64,000 bases of DNA from Planctomycetota bacterium (lineage in GTDB: Bacteria > Planctomycetota > UBA8108 > SXIK01), in assembly GCA_965223265.1 (NCBI GenBank), contig OZ244999.1, positions 2,112,001 through 2,176,000 on the forward strand. Reading direction: 5' to 3'. This document shows positions 46,312 through 55,636 of this stretch, piece by piece (position 1 is the stretch's first letter; the number at the start of each line of letters is the position of its first letter). The translations under genes were made by a program, and so were the position numbers. The notes below the pieces were generated by a model. It did no database searches, had not been told where the DNA came from, and saw nothing but the letters and a program-made list of their open reading frames with translations.

Positions 46312-49230
46312 ATGAATTGCACCTGGCTCCGATTCGTTTTCACATGGATTGCACCGCTTGTCTTCGGGTCTGTGCTCGTCGTCGGCTGTACGAGTAACGG
46401 CGTTGCCGAGCGGGCGATGCGTGCGCGCGCATCCTCAACCGAGCAGCCGGAGTTTCGCGGTGCGGAGCGTGACCGTCGCTCCCAGCTTGATCGTGACTCT
46501 TTTACCGGTGAGTCGGAGCTGCGTCGTTCGCGGATCTACGGCGGTGGCGGGCCCGAAGAAGACGCCGACGAACTCGATCGGTTGCTTGATGAACTAGCGA
46601 ACGAAGCCGAGTTGGACTCGGAGCTTGACGCCGAGGTCGCTGATGACGAGGCGGATGAGCTGATGGAAGACCTCGGCGCTGACGGCGACGTCGCCGCGGA
46701 CGAGATCGCCGAAGACGACGACGGAGGGCGCGACCGGCGCCGAAGCGTCGCGGAAGAGCTTGGATTAGAGGACGACGAACCTGTCGCACCTCGCTCGCGA
46801 CCCGCGCGGCGTGAACGCGGCGGCGGTGTGGAGGCACTGAACCGTTCCGCATCGGTGCGCGAACAAGAGGCCAACGAGCTCGCGCGCCTGGCAGGCGAAG
46901 CGATTCAACGCTTCGAGCTCCAGAAAGCCCGAAGTTACTTGCGCGACGCCGAACGCTTGAGCCCGAACAATGAAGCGGTGCAGCGGTTGAAGGCGGAATT
47001 AGCCGTTCTCATGGGAGACGTTGGCGCTCGCCCTCAGGCTGCCGTGGACATCATTCGCATGCAGCAAATCGCGACCGAGCAGGCCGTCGTCGAGGTGCAG
47101 CAACGCGTCATCAACGCGGAGCGGTTGACCGACGAAAAGAAGTACGCACAGGCAATCGCAGAGTACGAGCGGGCGCAGAGGGTGATTCAAAACTTTCCGT
47201 ATCACCTAGGTCTGACCGACAGGGAGCGGAATATCTCAACGAGACTCACGGAGCTGCGGCGACGCAAGCAGGAGCAGGATGCGCGAGAACGACAGCTCTT
47301 GCAGGATCAGATCCGAAACGACCTCGAGGGAGAGCGACGGACGGATGCCCAGCTCGTTCGCGCTAGAGTCGGTGAATTGCAGCGGAAAGCCGAGGGGGCA
47401 GAAGCGGCGAACGACTACGAACGTGCGATCAAACTCTACGAAGCGATTTTGGCACTGAACCCACAAGATCGCGACTCGAGGACGGCCCTGAACAGGGTCC
47501 GGGAAATGCGCCACCGCTTCCGGCTGGACGAGCTGCGGCAGCTAGCAGATCAAAATTACGATCGTGCAGTCGTTGGTATCGAGGAGAGCTCGATCGTCTA
47601 CCAACAGATCTTCCGCTACCCAGATCGCGAAGAGTGGATTCGCTTGGCGCCGAAGGATTTGACGCTTGCGGAGCAGATCGAGGCGAGCGAATCGGAGCAT
47701 GAGCGAGAGATCAAGCGCAAGCTCGCCGAACCAGTCGGCGACGTGATTATCGACGACCAACTGCCGGTCAGCGAAGTGCTGCGCAACCTGCGTGAGATCT
47801 CCGGGCTCAACTTTGTGCTCACCAACGAAGGAGCCGAAGTCGAAAATGCGCAGATCGCGGGTGCGGAATACAGCAATCTACCGCTGGAGAACGTCCTGTC
47901 GTTGATCCTACGGGCAATCGGCGCGGTGGACGGCAAACCGTACGCCTACGCGATTAAGGACGGCGCGGTCGTCATTGGGCCGCGTGAGAGCTTGAAGCTG
48001 CCCGAGTATCTGATCTTCTATGACATCAGTGACCTGGTGAGCCGACGCCCAGATTACAAGGCGCCCCCACTGGCGCTGGACGAGCTGGCCGGGAAGAGCG
48101 CAGGTGCTGAGGGCGGCGGTATTCTCCCCGAAGAGGATGACGTCGGCGACGATCCGATCGGTGGCGAGAGACTTCTCGAGCTCATTCAAAGGGAGTTGGC
48201 CGGTGACGGCGAAGAGGAGGAAGATCAAAGTGGCATCGCCCTCTTTGGAGCGAAGCTCTCCGCGCGGACGACACTCGAGAACCACTTGAAGTTGGCGCAA
48301 CTCTTGGAGCAGTTCCGTAAGTCGATCGGCGTCATGGTGACAGTTGAGTCTCGCTTCCTCGACATTCAGGACAACTTTCTCGAGGAGATCGGCGTCGACT
48401 TCGGTAGCGGTGGCAACACGTTCCTGCCGAACACCATTCCCGACGTCGACGGCGCCGGAACGAGTGTCTCGCCAGGATACGAGTATGTCAATCCACAGGG
48501 TGACTACAACGCCAGGGTGGCGTCCATAGGACAGCTCAGTACTCCTCTTGGTTCGGCAGTCAACCCGTTCAACCTTTCGGCGGAGGGCGGCGGTGCCTAT
48601 CAGCTCAACGTCTTGAAGGCTGAGCGTTTTCAGCTCGAGGCGATTCTTACCGGCGTCGCTAAGGAGCAGGAAATTCGTAAGCTGAATTCGCCGCGCGTGA
48701 CGGCGTTCAATGGCCAGACGTCGCACACGCTCGTGGTGAACCAGAGCGCCTACATTCAAGATCTCGAAGTCAACCAGACCGGTGTGATCCCGGTCATTAA
48801 CCCAGTGATCGGAGTGCTCAACTCGGGCTCGATTCTCGAAGTGCGCCCGACACTCAGTTACGATCGTAAGTACGTCGTCCTCGAAATCCAGCCGACGCTG
48901 GCCGAGCAGCTTGAGAGCGACGTGGCGATTTTGAACCTATCCGGAAACTTCACTGTCGTTCCGGTCGAGCTACCGGTGCTTTCGGTGACGAAGATCAAGA
49001 CCACCGTCACGGTTCCAGATGGTGGGACGGTGCTGGTTGGAGGATTGAAGCGCGAGATTTCTACGAAGACGTCGATCGGAATCCCCGGATTGCTGGACAT
49101 TCCGGTCGCGAATTTGCTCTTCGGCCGTAAAGGTCAATCCACGCTCCGGTCCAATCTTTTCGTTCTTTTGAATGCGAAGGTGACGGTCGTTCACGAAGAG
49201 GAGGCCCGTCTTTTCGGCGATCTGCAGTAG
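46312..49230 (+). CDS. Secretin-family (GspD/PilQ-like) lipoprotein with TPR region, paralogue 1
   Basis: Lipobox VVGC; TPRs; VTVESRFLDI..NFLEEIGVD, LNSPRVTAFNGQ, GSILEVRPTLS.D, TTVTVPDGGTVLVGG, IPGLLDIP..LLF; ATG 46312 chosen (purine-rich RBS-like sequence plus signal). Confidence 0.88.
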   Translation: MNCTWLRFVFTWIAPLVFGSVLVVGCTSNGVAERAMRARASSTEQPEFRGAERDRRSQLDRDSFTGESELRRSRIYGGGGPEEDADELDRLLDELANEAELDSELDAEVADDEADELMEDLGADGDVAADEIAEDDDGGRDRRRSVAEELGLEDDEPVAPRSRPARRERGGGVEALNRSASVREQEANELARLAGEAIQRFELQKARSYLRDAERLSPNNEAVQRLKAELAVLMGDVGARPQAAVDIIRMQQIATEQAVVEVQQRVINAERLTDEKKYAQAIAEYERAQRVIQNFPYHLGLTDRERNISTRLTELRRRKQEQDARERQLLQDQIRNDLEGERRTDAQLVRARVGELQRKAEGAEAANDYERAIKLYEAILALNPQDRDSRTALNRVREMRHRFRLDELRQLADQNYDRAVVGIEESSIVYQQIFRYPDREEWIRLAPKDLTLAEQIEASESEHEREIKRKLAEPVGDVIIDDQLPVSEVLRNLREISGLNFVLTNEGAEVENAQIAGAEYSNLPLENVLSLILRAIGAVDGKPYAYAIKDGAVVIGPRESLKLPEYLIFYDISDLVSRRPDYKAPPLALDELAGKSAGAEGGGILPEEDDVGDDPIGGERLLELIQRELAGDGEEEEDQSGIALFGAKLSARTTLENHLKLAQLLEQFRKSIGVMVTVESRFLDIQDNFLEEIGVDFGSGGNTFLPNTIPDVDGAGTSVSPGYEYVNPQGDYNARVASIGQLSTPLGSAVNPFNLSAEGGGAYQLNVLKAERFQLEAILTGVAKEQEIRKLNSPRVTAFNGQTSHTLVVNQSAYIQDLEVNQTGVIPVINPVIGVLNSGSILEVRPTLSYDRKYVVLEIQPTLAEQLESDVAILNLSGNFTVVPVELPVLSVTKIKTTVTVPDGGTVLVGGLKREISTKTSIGIPGLLDIPVANLLFGRKGQSTLRSNLFVLLNAKVTVVHEEEARLFGDLQ

Positions 49231-49325
49231 AAACCGGGCGCCGAATCGCGCTGAAGTGGAAGCTTCGGAGGTGATGCGGCGAGCGGCGAGGTGAAGAAGA
49301 GCGACGGTGAGCGAGCGCGAAGTGC

Positions 49326-52202
49326 GTGGCTGAGACTTCTTGCAGCGAGATGACTGAACGCGGACATTCTCTCTTTCCGGGAAGGGCGAGTGGGTCACGG
49401 TTCGCTGCATTTTGTCTCAGCGCGATATGCTTGATTCCCGCACCTCTTGTAGGTTCTGCTGCTTGGAGTCGAGAAGATGCTGCGTTCGCCGAGTTCCTCA
49501 TCGTGTCGCTGGGTTACTTTGACACGGCCGAGCGGTGGCTCGCTCAGAGGGCTGCGGAGTGTCGTGACGAGTCGTGTCGTGCCGAGGTCGACTCGAAGCG
49601 TCTCGACGTGCTGCGCCGGCGTGGCGACACGAAAGCCCTGGAAGCCGCGCTGAAGAAGTTTCAGGAAGACTACCCGTGGCACGGGAGGGCTTCTCTTGCC
49701 GACCTCGAGCGTGCAAGCGAAACGCTGACCGCGATCCGGGCTGATTTGGAGCGTGCTGCTGGCGCCCCGAGTTCGGAGGCGGCGAAGATCTATTCTTCCG
49801 CACGAAGCCGATTCGCCGAGCTCGACCGTGGGATGGAAGGATTGATCAAGTCGTTTGAGAAACGTCTCCGGTCCAAGTCGTCGGATCAGGACGAGTCAGA
49901 GCGATTGGTGCGCAATCGCGACCAGACCGAGCTCGCGCGCATCAAGTTTCACCTCGTCTATGCTCGCCGACTGCCGATTGACGCGAAAGACCGGCTGCGT
50001 ACGCTCGAGAGAGGACTCAAGCTGGCCGACGAGTTCGTGTTCGAGCGGGCTGACTTCTACGTCATGCAGTACGATGCGCAGCTGCAGCGTGGCCTTCTCG
50101 CCTACGAGCTCGGCAAGTATGTGATGGCGGAATCACACTTGAGTGCTCTCTACTCGGCGCCTCCGCAGGGGCCGCCTCCCCACTCTTCTGAGCTTCTAGA
50201 TCTCCTCAAAGAGTTGCGGTTGAATGCGCTCTTATTCGGCAGCCGCGCGCTCAATGCTGCGACGAACTTCCGCGTCGCCAGCGACACGCTCAAAAAGTTC
50301 GCCTTCACGGCGGACCCGGACGATCCTATCGATCTCACAAAAGTGCGCGATGACCCTTCTTTGCAGCACTTCGGCGTGCTCCTCGATCTAGAGTACGGAG
50401 TGGCGCTCGTTGGTTCGGGGGCGCGTGACGAGGGCTTCGCTGCGATTCAGCGCGTGATCGCCGATTTTCGCGACAAGAGTGATGCGGTCTCGCAGGGATT
50501 CGTGACCGACGCACGGCGTGCCCTTGGTCGAATTGCAGCGGTTAAGGGAGTTGATCTTCGTGGTCGTGACGTCTACGAAGCGGCACAAGGCCTCAAGAGC
50601 GAGCTTCGCTTCGCCGACGCTCTCGATGCTTTCCGCGATGCTCTCCGTGTGTCGTCGGAGAGAGAGCTCCCTGAAATGGGCCCACTCTGTCTGAATGAAA
50701 TCGGCGAGCTTCTCTTTCTGCTCGACCGTTTTCACGAATCGGCGGTTGCCTACGCGGAGCTGTTCGGGTCCTTTCGCAGCAGCGTGGCGGAGAGTGCAAT
50801 CGCCGCCAAGGCTGCCAACAACTTCGTTGCGGCCGTGACCAAAAGCATGGAGTTGACTCCTGGCGGGCAGGATAACGAGGTGCTTCAGAAGCTGAACGCT
50901 GAAGCCAACAGAGCATACGAACGCTTCGGCGGCACCGGCCTGGCGTCGGAAGAAGCCCTGATGGCTCAGGCGCAGCAATTTGAGGCTGACGGTGATTTCG
51001 AGCGTGCGCGCGAGACTTATCTCAAAGTGCGGCCCGTCGTCGAAAGGAAGGATTCCGAGACCAAGGTGCCTTTCTATTGGCGCGCCCAGGCGAGTGCCGA
51101 AGCGATGCTGTTCGCGTCTTGGCGCAGCACTCAGGGAGAAGGCGCGAGCCAGAGTGAAGTTGACATTTCCGAGGTCGTCAATCGTCTCAAGGAGATTCAA
51201 CCGCAAGCGCTGAATGACGGTGACATTGGCGGTGCGGCGACTGCGACGCTGACGCTCGGGCAAATTCACTACGAGCAAGAAGATTGGGCCGCCGCTGTCG
51301 ATTTTCTCCAGCCGTTTGCAGATGGCTCGCTTCAGGGTGCAGATGAGCTGATCTGTGCGGGCTTGGGTTTTTTGACTCTGGCTTATGTGCGGCAAGGGCA
51401 GTGCGAGCCGGCACAACAGCACTTCGATGTGATGCGCCGCGAATTCAAGAAAGAGTGCGCCGACGCACCGATCTTTGCATTTGCTGCCCTCGATCTCGGC
51501 GACTGTTTTTTCGCTGCTGGCGATGCCTCAAATGCAGCCTTGTACAGTCTTTCCTTCGCACTTCACGGTACATCCAAGGATGACCTGCGAGATTTCGACA
51601 CGCTGGTGATGGTGGCATCGCGCCTTGCGAGCGGAGCCGAAGTCGCTAAGGGCCGTCGACGGAAAGTGTTCGTCCAGCAAGCGAGCCGGTTTCTCAGGGC
51701 TGCGAAGAAACGCAAATCAGCAAAGAGTTCGGAGTCGCGGCGACAGTTGGTCCTGATCGAAGCCAAAGTCCTCGCGCTCAGCGGCAAGGAGGCTGCCGCT
51801 GAGAAGAAGCTGCTGTCGTACGTCGAGCGCTTTGGTGCGGCGAAGGGAGAAAACCACGAAGATCCCTTCGTCTTTCGTGACCTAGCCGAGCTGTTGTGGA
51901 AAGAGCGCGAAGATGGGAGGCGAACGACCAAGCGAGTCGAGTCTGCCGCGAGATACTACGAAGCGGCGTGCGCATTGTTGGAGCGACGACTGGTGGGGCA
52001 GCCACAGCTGCAGAGCATGTTTTGGCAGTGGGCTCTGCAGATGGTTCGCGTGCGGCTGTTTCTCGCCGAAGCTGGCGATGCGAACAGTCGCGGAAGAATT
52101 ATTACGTTCATCAAGCCAAGACTTGGTTCCGAGATGGGCGGGCTGAAAAAGGAATTTCGTGCCGTGTTGGCGCGAGTGGAGAGGCTCAATGAAAAGACGT
52201 GA
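49326..52202 (+). CDS. Large exported TPR/alpha-solenoid protein
   Basis: 958-aa ORF with a signal-like hydrophobic segment and many TPR-like helical pairs (LGQIHYEQEDWAAA, LGDCFFAAGD); start uncertain. Confidence 0.8.
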   Translation: MAETSCSEMTERGHSLFPGRASGSRFAAFCLSAICLIPAPLVGSAAWSREDAAFAEFLIVSLGYFDTAERWLAQRAAECRDESCRAEVDSKRLDVLRRRGDTKALEAALKKFQEDYPWHGRASLADLERASETLTAIRADLERAAGAPSSEAAKIYSSARSRFAELDRGMEGLIKSFEKRLRSKSSDQDESERLVRNRDQTELARIKFHLVYARRLPIDAKDRLRTLERGLKLADEFVFERADFYVMQYDAQLQRGLLAYELGKYVMAESHLSALYSAPPQGPPPHSSELLDLLKELRLNALLFGSRALNAATNFRVASDTLKKFAFTADPDDPIDLTKVRDDPSLQHFGVLLDLEYGVALVGSGARDEGFAAIQRVIADFRDKSDAVSQGFVTDARRALGRIAAVKGVDLRGRDVYEAAQGLKSELRFADALDAFRDALRVSSERELPEMGPLCLNEIGELLFLLDRFHESAVAYAELFGSFRSSVAESAIAAKAANNFVAAVTKSMELTPGGQDNEVLQKLNAEANRAYERFGGTGLASEEALMAQAQQFEADGDFERARETYLKVRPVVERKDSETKVPFYWRAQASAEAMLFASWRSTQGEGASQSEVDISEVVNRLKEIQPQALNDGDIGGAATATLTLGQIHYEQEDWAAAVDFLQPFADGSLQGADELICAGLGFLTLAYVRQGQCEPAQQHFDVMRREFKKECADAPIFAFAALDLGDCFFAAGDASNAALYSLSFALHGTSKDDLRDFDTLVMVASRLASGAEVAKGRRRKVFVQQASRFLRAAKKRKSAKSSESRRQLVLIEAKVLALSGKEAAAEKKLLSYVERFGAAKGENHEDPFVFRDLAELLWKEREDGRRTTKRVESAARYYEAACALLERRLVGQPQLQSMFWQWALQMVRVRLFLAEAGDANSRGRIITFIKPRLGSEMGGLKKEFRAVLARVERLNEKT

Positions 52203-52281
52203 ATCGACGTCGACGGCTCCGCGTGCACCTGGTTCGGCCCGTTCTGCGCGGGGAATGGTCTGCGTGCCGCGTCGCGTTCGA

Positions 52282-53316
52282 ATGCCCATGCGTCCACTGA
52301 ACGTCAGTCTTGGAGTTGCGCACCTCGCGGTAACGGCGGGGCTGTTCTGCTTTGCGGGATTCGCCGCGGCTGACGAGATCGAGTTGGTCTCCGGTAGTCC
52401 CCGCAAAAACGTCAAAATTGTTCGAGCGACTTATGAGGAAATCGAATACACGCTCTCGGGAGCGGGGAAGTCGACACAGAAGGAGCCTGCGGAGCGCGTC
52501 CTTTCGATCACCCGCGCGACGTCGAGCAATGATTTGCGCGCTGGGCGTGCGGCACTGGAGCGCGCAGACTACGACACCGCGATCCGGCGACTTGAGGCGA
52601 TTGCCAAGGCTGCTGCGGATTGGGAACGCGCCGAGGCGGCGTATCTGGTCGGACGAGCGCTCGCTGCCAAGGGAGAGCGCAAGAAGGCAGCAGCGCAGCT
52701 GCAGCAGTTTGTCGAGGAATTCGGTCCAGCAAAGGACTGGTGGGTGCCTCACGCTCTCAACGACTTGGGGGACATCCAGATCCGCGGCAAACGTGCCGCG
52801 TCGGCGAAAAAGTCGTTCGCCCGACTCGGGAAGCTTGGTGGCCGCTGGGAATCGGCGGCCACGGTCGGCGCGGCTCGCGTCGCCATCGCCGAACGTGACA
52901 AAGACGGATACCGCGGTGTACAGGAGAAACTTGGCTCGATTCTACGCAGTAGAAACGCCCCGCGACAGCTGAAGGAAGAGGCGGCACTTCTACGTGCAGA
53001 GATTTTTCTTCTACGTTCCCAGGGTGATCGTGCACTCGAGGAGTTGGGTCGGATCTTCTTTGACGCCACAGCGTCAAGCGAGGCCGGCTATTCCGCCCGA
53101 CGCGCTGCTGCATACTTGCTCGCAGGCAAAGCGGAAGCCAGCAAGGGAGGAACGGGGAATCTTCAGAAAGCAGAGATCCATTTTTTGAAAGTCGCGGCTC
53201 TTTTTCGCAACCAGGGCGAGGTCTATCGCGACGCCTGCAGCGAGCTGGCGAAAATCTACACTCAACTGAAACAGCCGAAACGAGCTGACCACTGGAAGAA
53301 GCGCGCCAAGGAGTAG
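52282..53316 (+). CDS. Exported TPR protein with small N-terminal beta domain
   Basis: Signal ending FAAA-DEIELVSG; TPR helices; AEIHFLKVAALF; start uncertain (52159/52189/52282). Confidence 0.8.
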   Translation: MPMRPLNVSLGVAHLAVTAGLFCFAGFAAADEIELVSGSPRKNVKIVRATYEEIEYTLSGAGKSTQKEPAERVLSITRATSSNDLRAGRAALERADYDTAIRRLEAIAKAAADWERAEAAYLVGRALAAKGERKKAAAQLQQFVEEFGPAKDWWVPHALNDLGDIQIRGKRAASAKKSFARLGKLGGRWESAATVGAARVAIAERDKDGYRGVQEKLGSILRSRNAPRQLKEEAALLRAEIFLLRSQGDRALEELGRIFFDATASSEAGYSARRAAAYLLAGKAEASKGGTGNLQKAEIHFLKVAALFRNQGEVYRDACSELAKIYTQLKQPKRADHWKKRAKE

Positions 53317-53318
53317 AA

Positions 53319-54140
53319 ATGATTGATCGACAACTGGACATGGGTCGTTCGACTCGGTCGACCTGCCCGCGTCAAAGGCTGATGCCGACCACACTCCTCC
53401 ACCCTGCGGCTGGGAGCGTCGGAGCGCGCGCTGCCTTTTTGTGCATGCTCTTCGTGGTCACCGGGTCTCTCCTCATCGATCCTGCGTTCGTGTTTGCCCA
53501 GGAGTCAGCCTCACAGCGTACGATGTTCGACAACGTGATCAGCGGTGGAGTTGTCGGATTCGTGATCATCCTGTGCTCGTTCGCCGGCGTTGCCCTGGCC
53601 GTAACGTTTTTCATGCAGATTCGGCACGACGTGCTCATTCCTCCCGAGGCACAAGAGCATGTGCAGGAGCTTCTTGACCGCAGCGATTTTCGCGGCGCCA
53701 TGGAGTTTTGCGAGGAAGACGATTCATTCTATTCCCGCGTGTTGGCACCCGGGTTGAGTCGAGTCGACGAAGGGGTCGACAGCATGCGTGACGCCATACA
53801 GGAAACCGGGGATTTCGAAGGCTCGAAGCTCCGTCAGAAGATCGGCTATCTGGCGCTGATCGCATCGGTGACGCCGATGCTCGGTCTGTTTGGTACGGTC
53901 AAAGGTATGATCGGGACGTTCAACACGATCGCGGACGCCGACACGCAACCGAAGCCTGCGCAGCTCGCCGATGGCATTGGCGAGGCGCTCATGACGACGT
54001 TTCTGGGACTGTTGGTCGCGATCCCGATGCTTGTGCTGCACTATTTCTTCAGGAATCGGCTCGCGAACATTCTGTTCGAGGCCGGGGTTCTTATGGACGA
54101 CATGACGCGGGCCCTCAAGGGCCAGCGGCGAGGGGCGTAA
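53319..54140 (+). CDS. exbB: MotA/TolQ/ExbB proton channel protein
   Basis: TPMLGLFGTVKGMIGTF and LADGIGEALMTTFLGLLVAIP. Confidence 0.92.
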   Translation: MIDRQLDMGRSTRSTCPRQRLMPTTLLHPAAGSVGARAAFLCMLFVVTGSLLIDPAFVFAQESASQRTMFDNVISGGVVGFVIILCSFAGVALAVTFFMQIRHDVLIPPEAQEHVQELLDRSDFRGAMEFCEEDDSFYSRVLAPGLSRVDEGVDSMRDAIQETGDFEGSKLRQKIGYLALIASVTPMLGLFGTVKGMIGTFNTIADADTQPKPAQLADGIGEALMTTFLGLLVAIPMLVLHYFFRNRLANILFEAGVLMDDMTRALKGQRRGA

Positions 54141-54144
54141 GCGC

Positions 54145-54627
54145 ATGCGGCGAACTCAAGCTGACGAGTCAGCAACCGAAATCGACATGACTCCTCTTAT
54201 CGATTGCGTGTTTTTGCTGATCTTGTTTTTCCTCTTGACCACGCAGATGGTGGCGCAGATTGAGGAAGTCGAGCTGCCGATTGCGCTGGAGACTCGAGAG
54301 CCCCCGAAAGGGCTCGCGGACAAGCCGCTCGTGATCAACGTCGTGCCAGGGAACCAGGAAGACGTGGGAGAGATTCGCTTCAGCGGCCAGACGATGACCC
54401 CTGAAGAACTCGAGAAGGCTCTTGCGGCCGAAGCACGATTCGATGCGGAAGCGCCGCCGCATGGCCGTGGTCGAGGCTGGGAGACGGTTGACGGCGGTCG
54501 GGCGTCGAAGCTGCGTGTCGTCGTGCGAGCCGACACCAACGTGTACTTCGAGTTTGTCGAAGCTGTGATGATGGCTTGTAGCAAGGCGAAAATCTACAAG
54601 ATCGAGGTCGCCTCGCTCGAGCCATGA
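54145..54627 (+). CDS. exbD: ExbD/TolR family protein 1
   Basis: DMTPLIDCVFLLILFF with the essential Asp; VVVRAD. Confidence 0.92.
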   Translation: MRRTQADESATEIDMTPLIDCVFLLILFFLLTTQMVAQIEEVELPIALETREPPKGLADKPLVINVVPGNQEDVGEIRFSGQTMTPEELEKALAAEARFDAEAPPHGRGRGWETVDGGRASKLRVVVRADTNVYFEFVEAVMMACSKAKIYKIEVASLEP

Positions 54628-54676
54628 CTGCACTTGTTGATTGCGATGTGTTAGCACTCATTTCATTGGAAGCAAG

Positions 54677-55261
54677 ATGAAGTTCGGACGACCAGACGTC
54701 GAAGACATGAGGCCGAATCTGACGCCGATGATCGACATCATCTTCCAACTTCTCATCTTTTTCGTCTTGACCGCCAAATTTGTCGCCTTGGAAGGGCAAC
54801 TGCAGGCGTACCTTCCAAAGGATCGAGGCGCTGACGGCCCGCCGATGCCGCAGTTGGCTGACGACGTGCTCCTCTTCCTCCATCGCGTCGAAGACGAGAT
54901 CATCTGCAGCACGATTAACTATCAGTTCGGTGACGTCTCCAAACCCGAACATCGTTTTCCACGAGATCCAACCTCGCAGCGCACTGCCTCAGGGGGGTGG
55001 TCGACGCAAACGACGTGGGGCGAGGGTGACAACCGGGTCGATGTAAGCCTTGATTACGCGGCTCCCCATCTTGCAGACGTGGAGAAGTACCTTCAGTATC
55101 GCAGCGAGCAGTACAAAGTGAGCGGCATCAGCGCTAAGGGTCTGCCAGTTGAGCTAAAAATCGCCGACGACGTGGAGTGGCAGATGGCGGTGGCGCTTCT
55201 CGATATCTGCAAGCGCGTCGGCATCACCGATGTGACGTTTGCCGGCGACGAGAGCGGCTGA
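54677..55261 (+). CDS. exbD: ExbD/TolR family protein 2
   Basis: NLTPMIDIIFQLLIFF with the essential Asp; EGQLQAYLP; LLDICKRVGI. Confidence 0.9.
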   Translation: MKFGRPDVEDMRPNLTPMIDIIFQLLIFFVLTAKFVALEGQLQAYLPKDRGADGPPMPQLADDVLLFLHRVEDEIICSTINYQFGDVSKPEHRFPRDPTSQRTASGGWSTQTTWGEGDNRVDVSLDYAAPHLADVEKYLQYRSEQYKVSGISAKGLPVELKIADDVEWQMAVALLDICKRVGITDVTFAGDESG

Positions 55262-55636
55262 CGGAACGTCACGGATGTTTGGAGAATGAAAGGATTGCGA
55301 GCTCGAAACTAACCGGATTCTTTCACGTTTGAGGCCGCGGCGGCTCTCACGAGCTGCACCCCGCGCTGGCGACAGAAGCCGCGTCGAGGGTCCTGGTTAG
55401 GGCCGGAAGCCGGGAACGGAAAACCGGGGTTTCGCTGATTTTTCTAGCCACTTTTCGTCGCCGATGGTGGATCATCGAGGACTCTGCTCATCTCGTGAGC
55501 CTTCCTCTCGATTCACAGTCTCTCGATGCCAGTCGGTCCCGTCCGTTTCCGACCGAAGAGCTGGTGTCGTTCAATCCGTTAGAATGAAGTTGAGTTTGAA
55601 CCCGAAGGGTTTATCTCTGTGTAGAAGGAGCCCCTC

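Noticed and set aside
55262-55636. Possible c-di-GMP or other riboswitch upstream of secretin 2
   Set aside because: Some complementary segments exist, but no recognisable aptamer consensus; cannot be supported without covariance search
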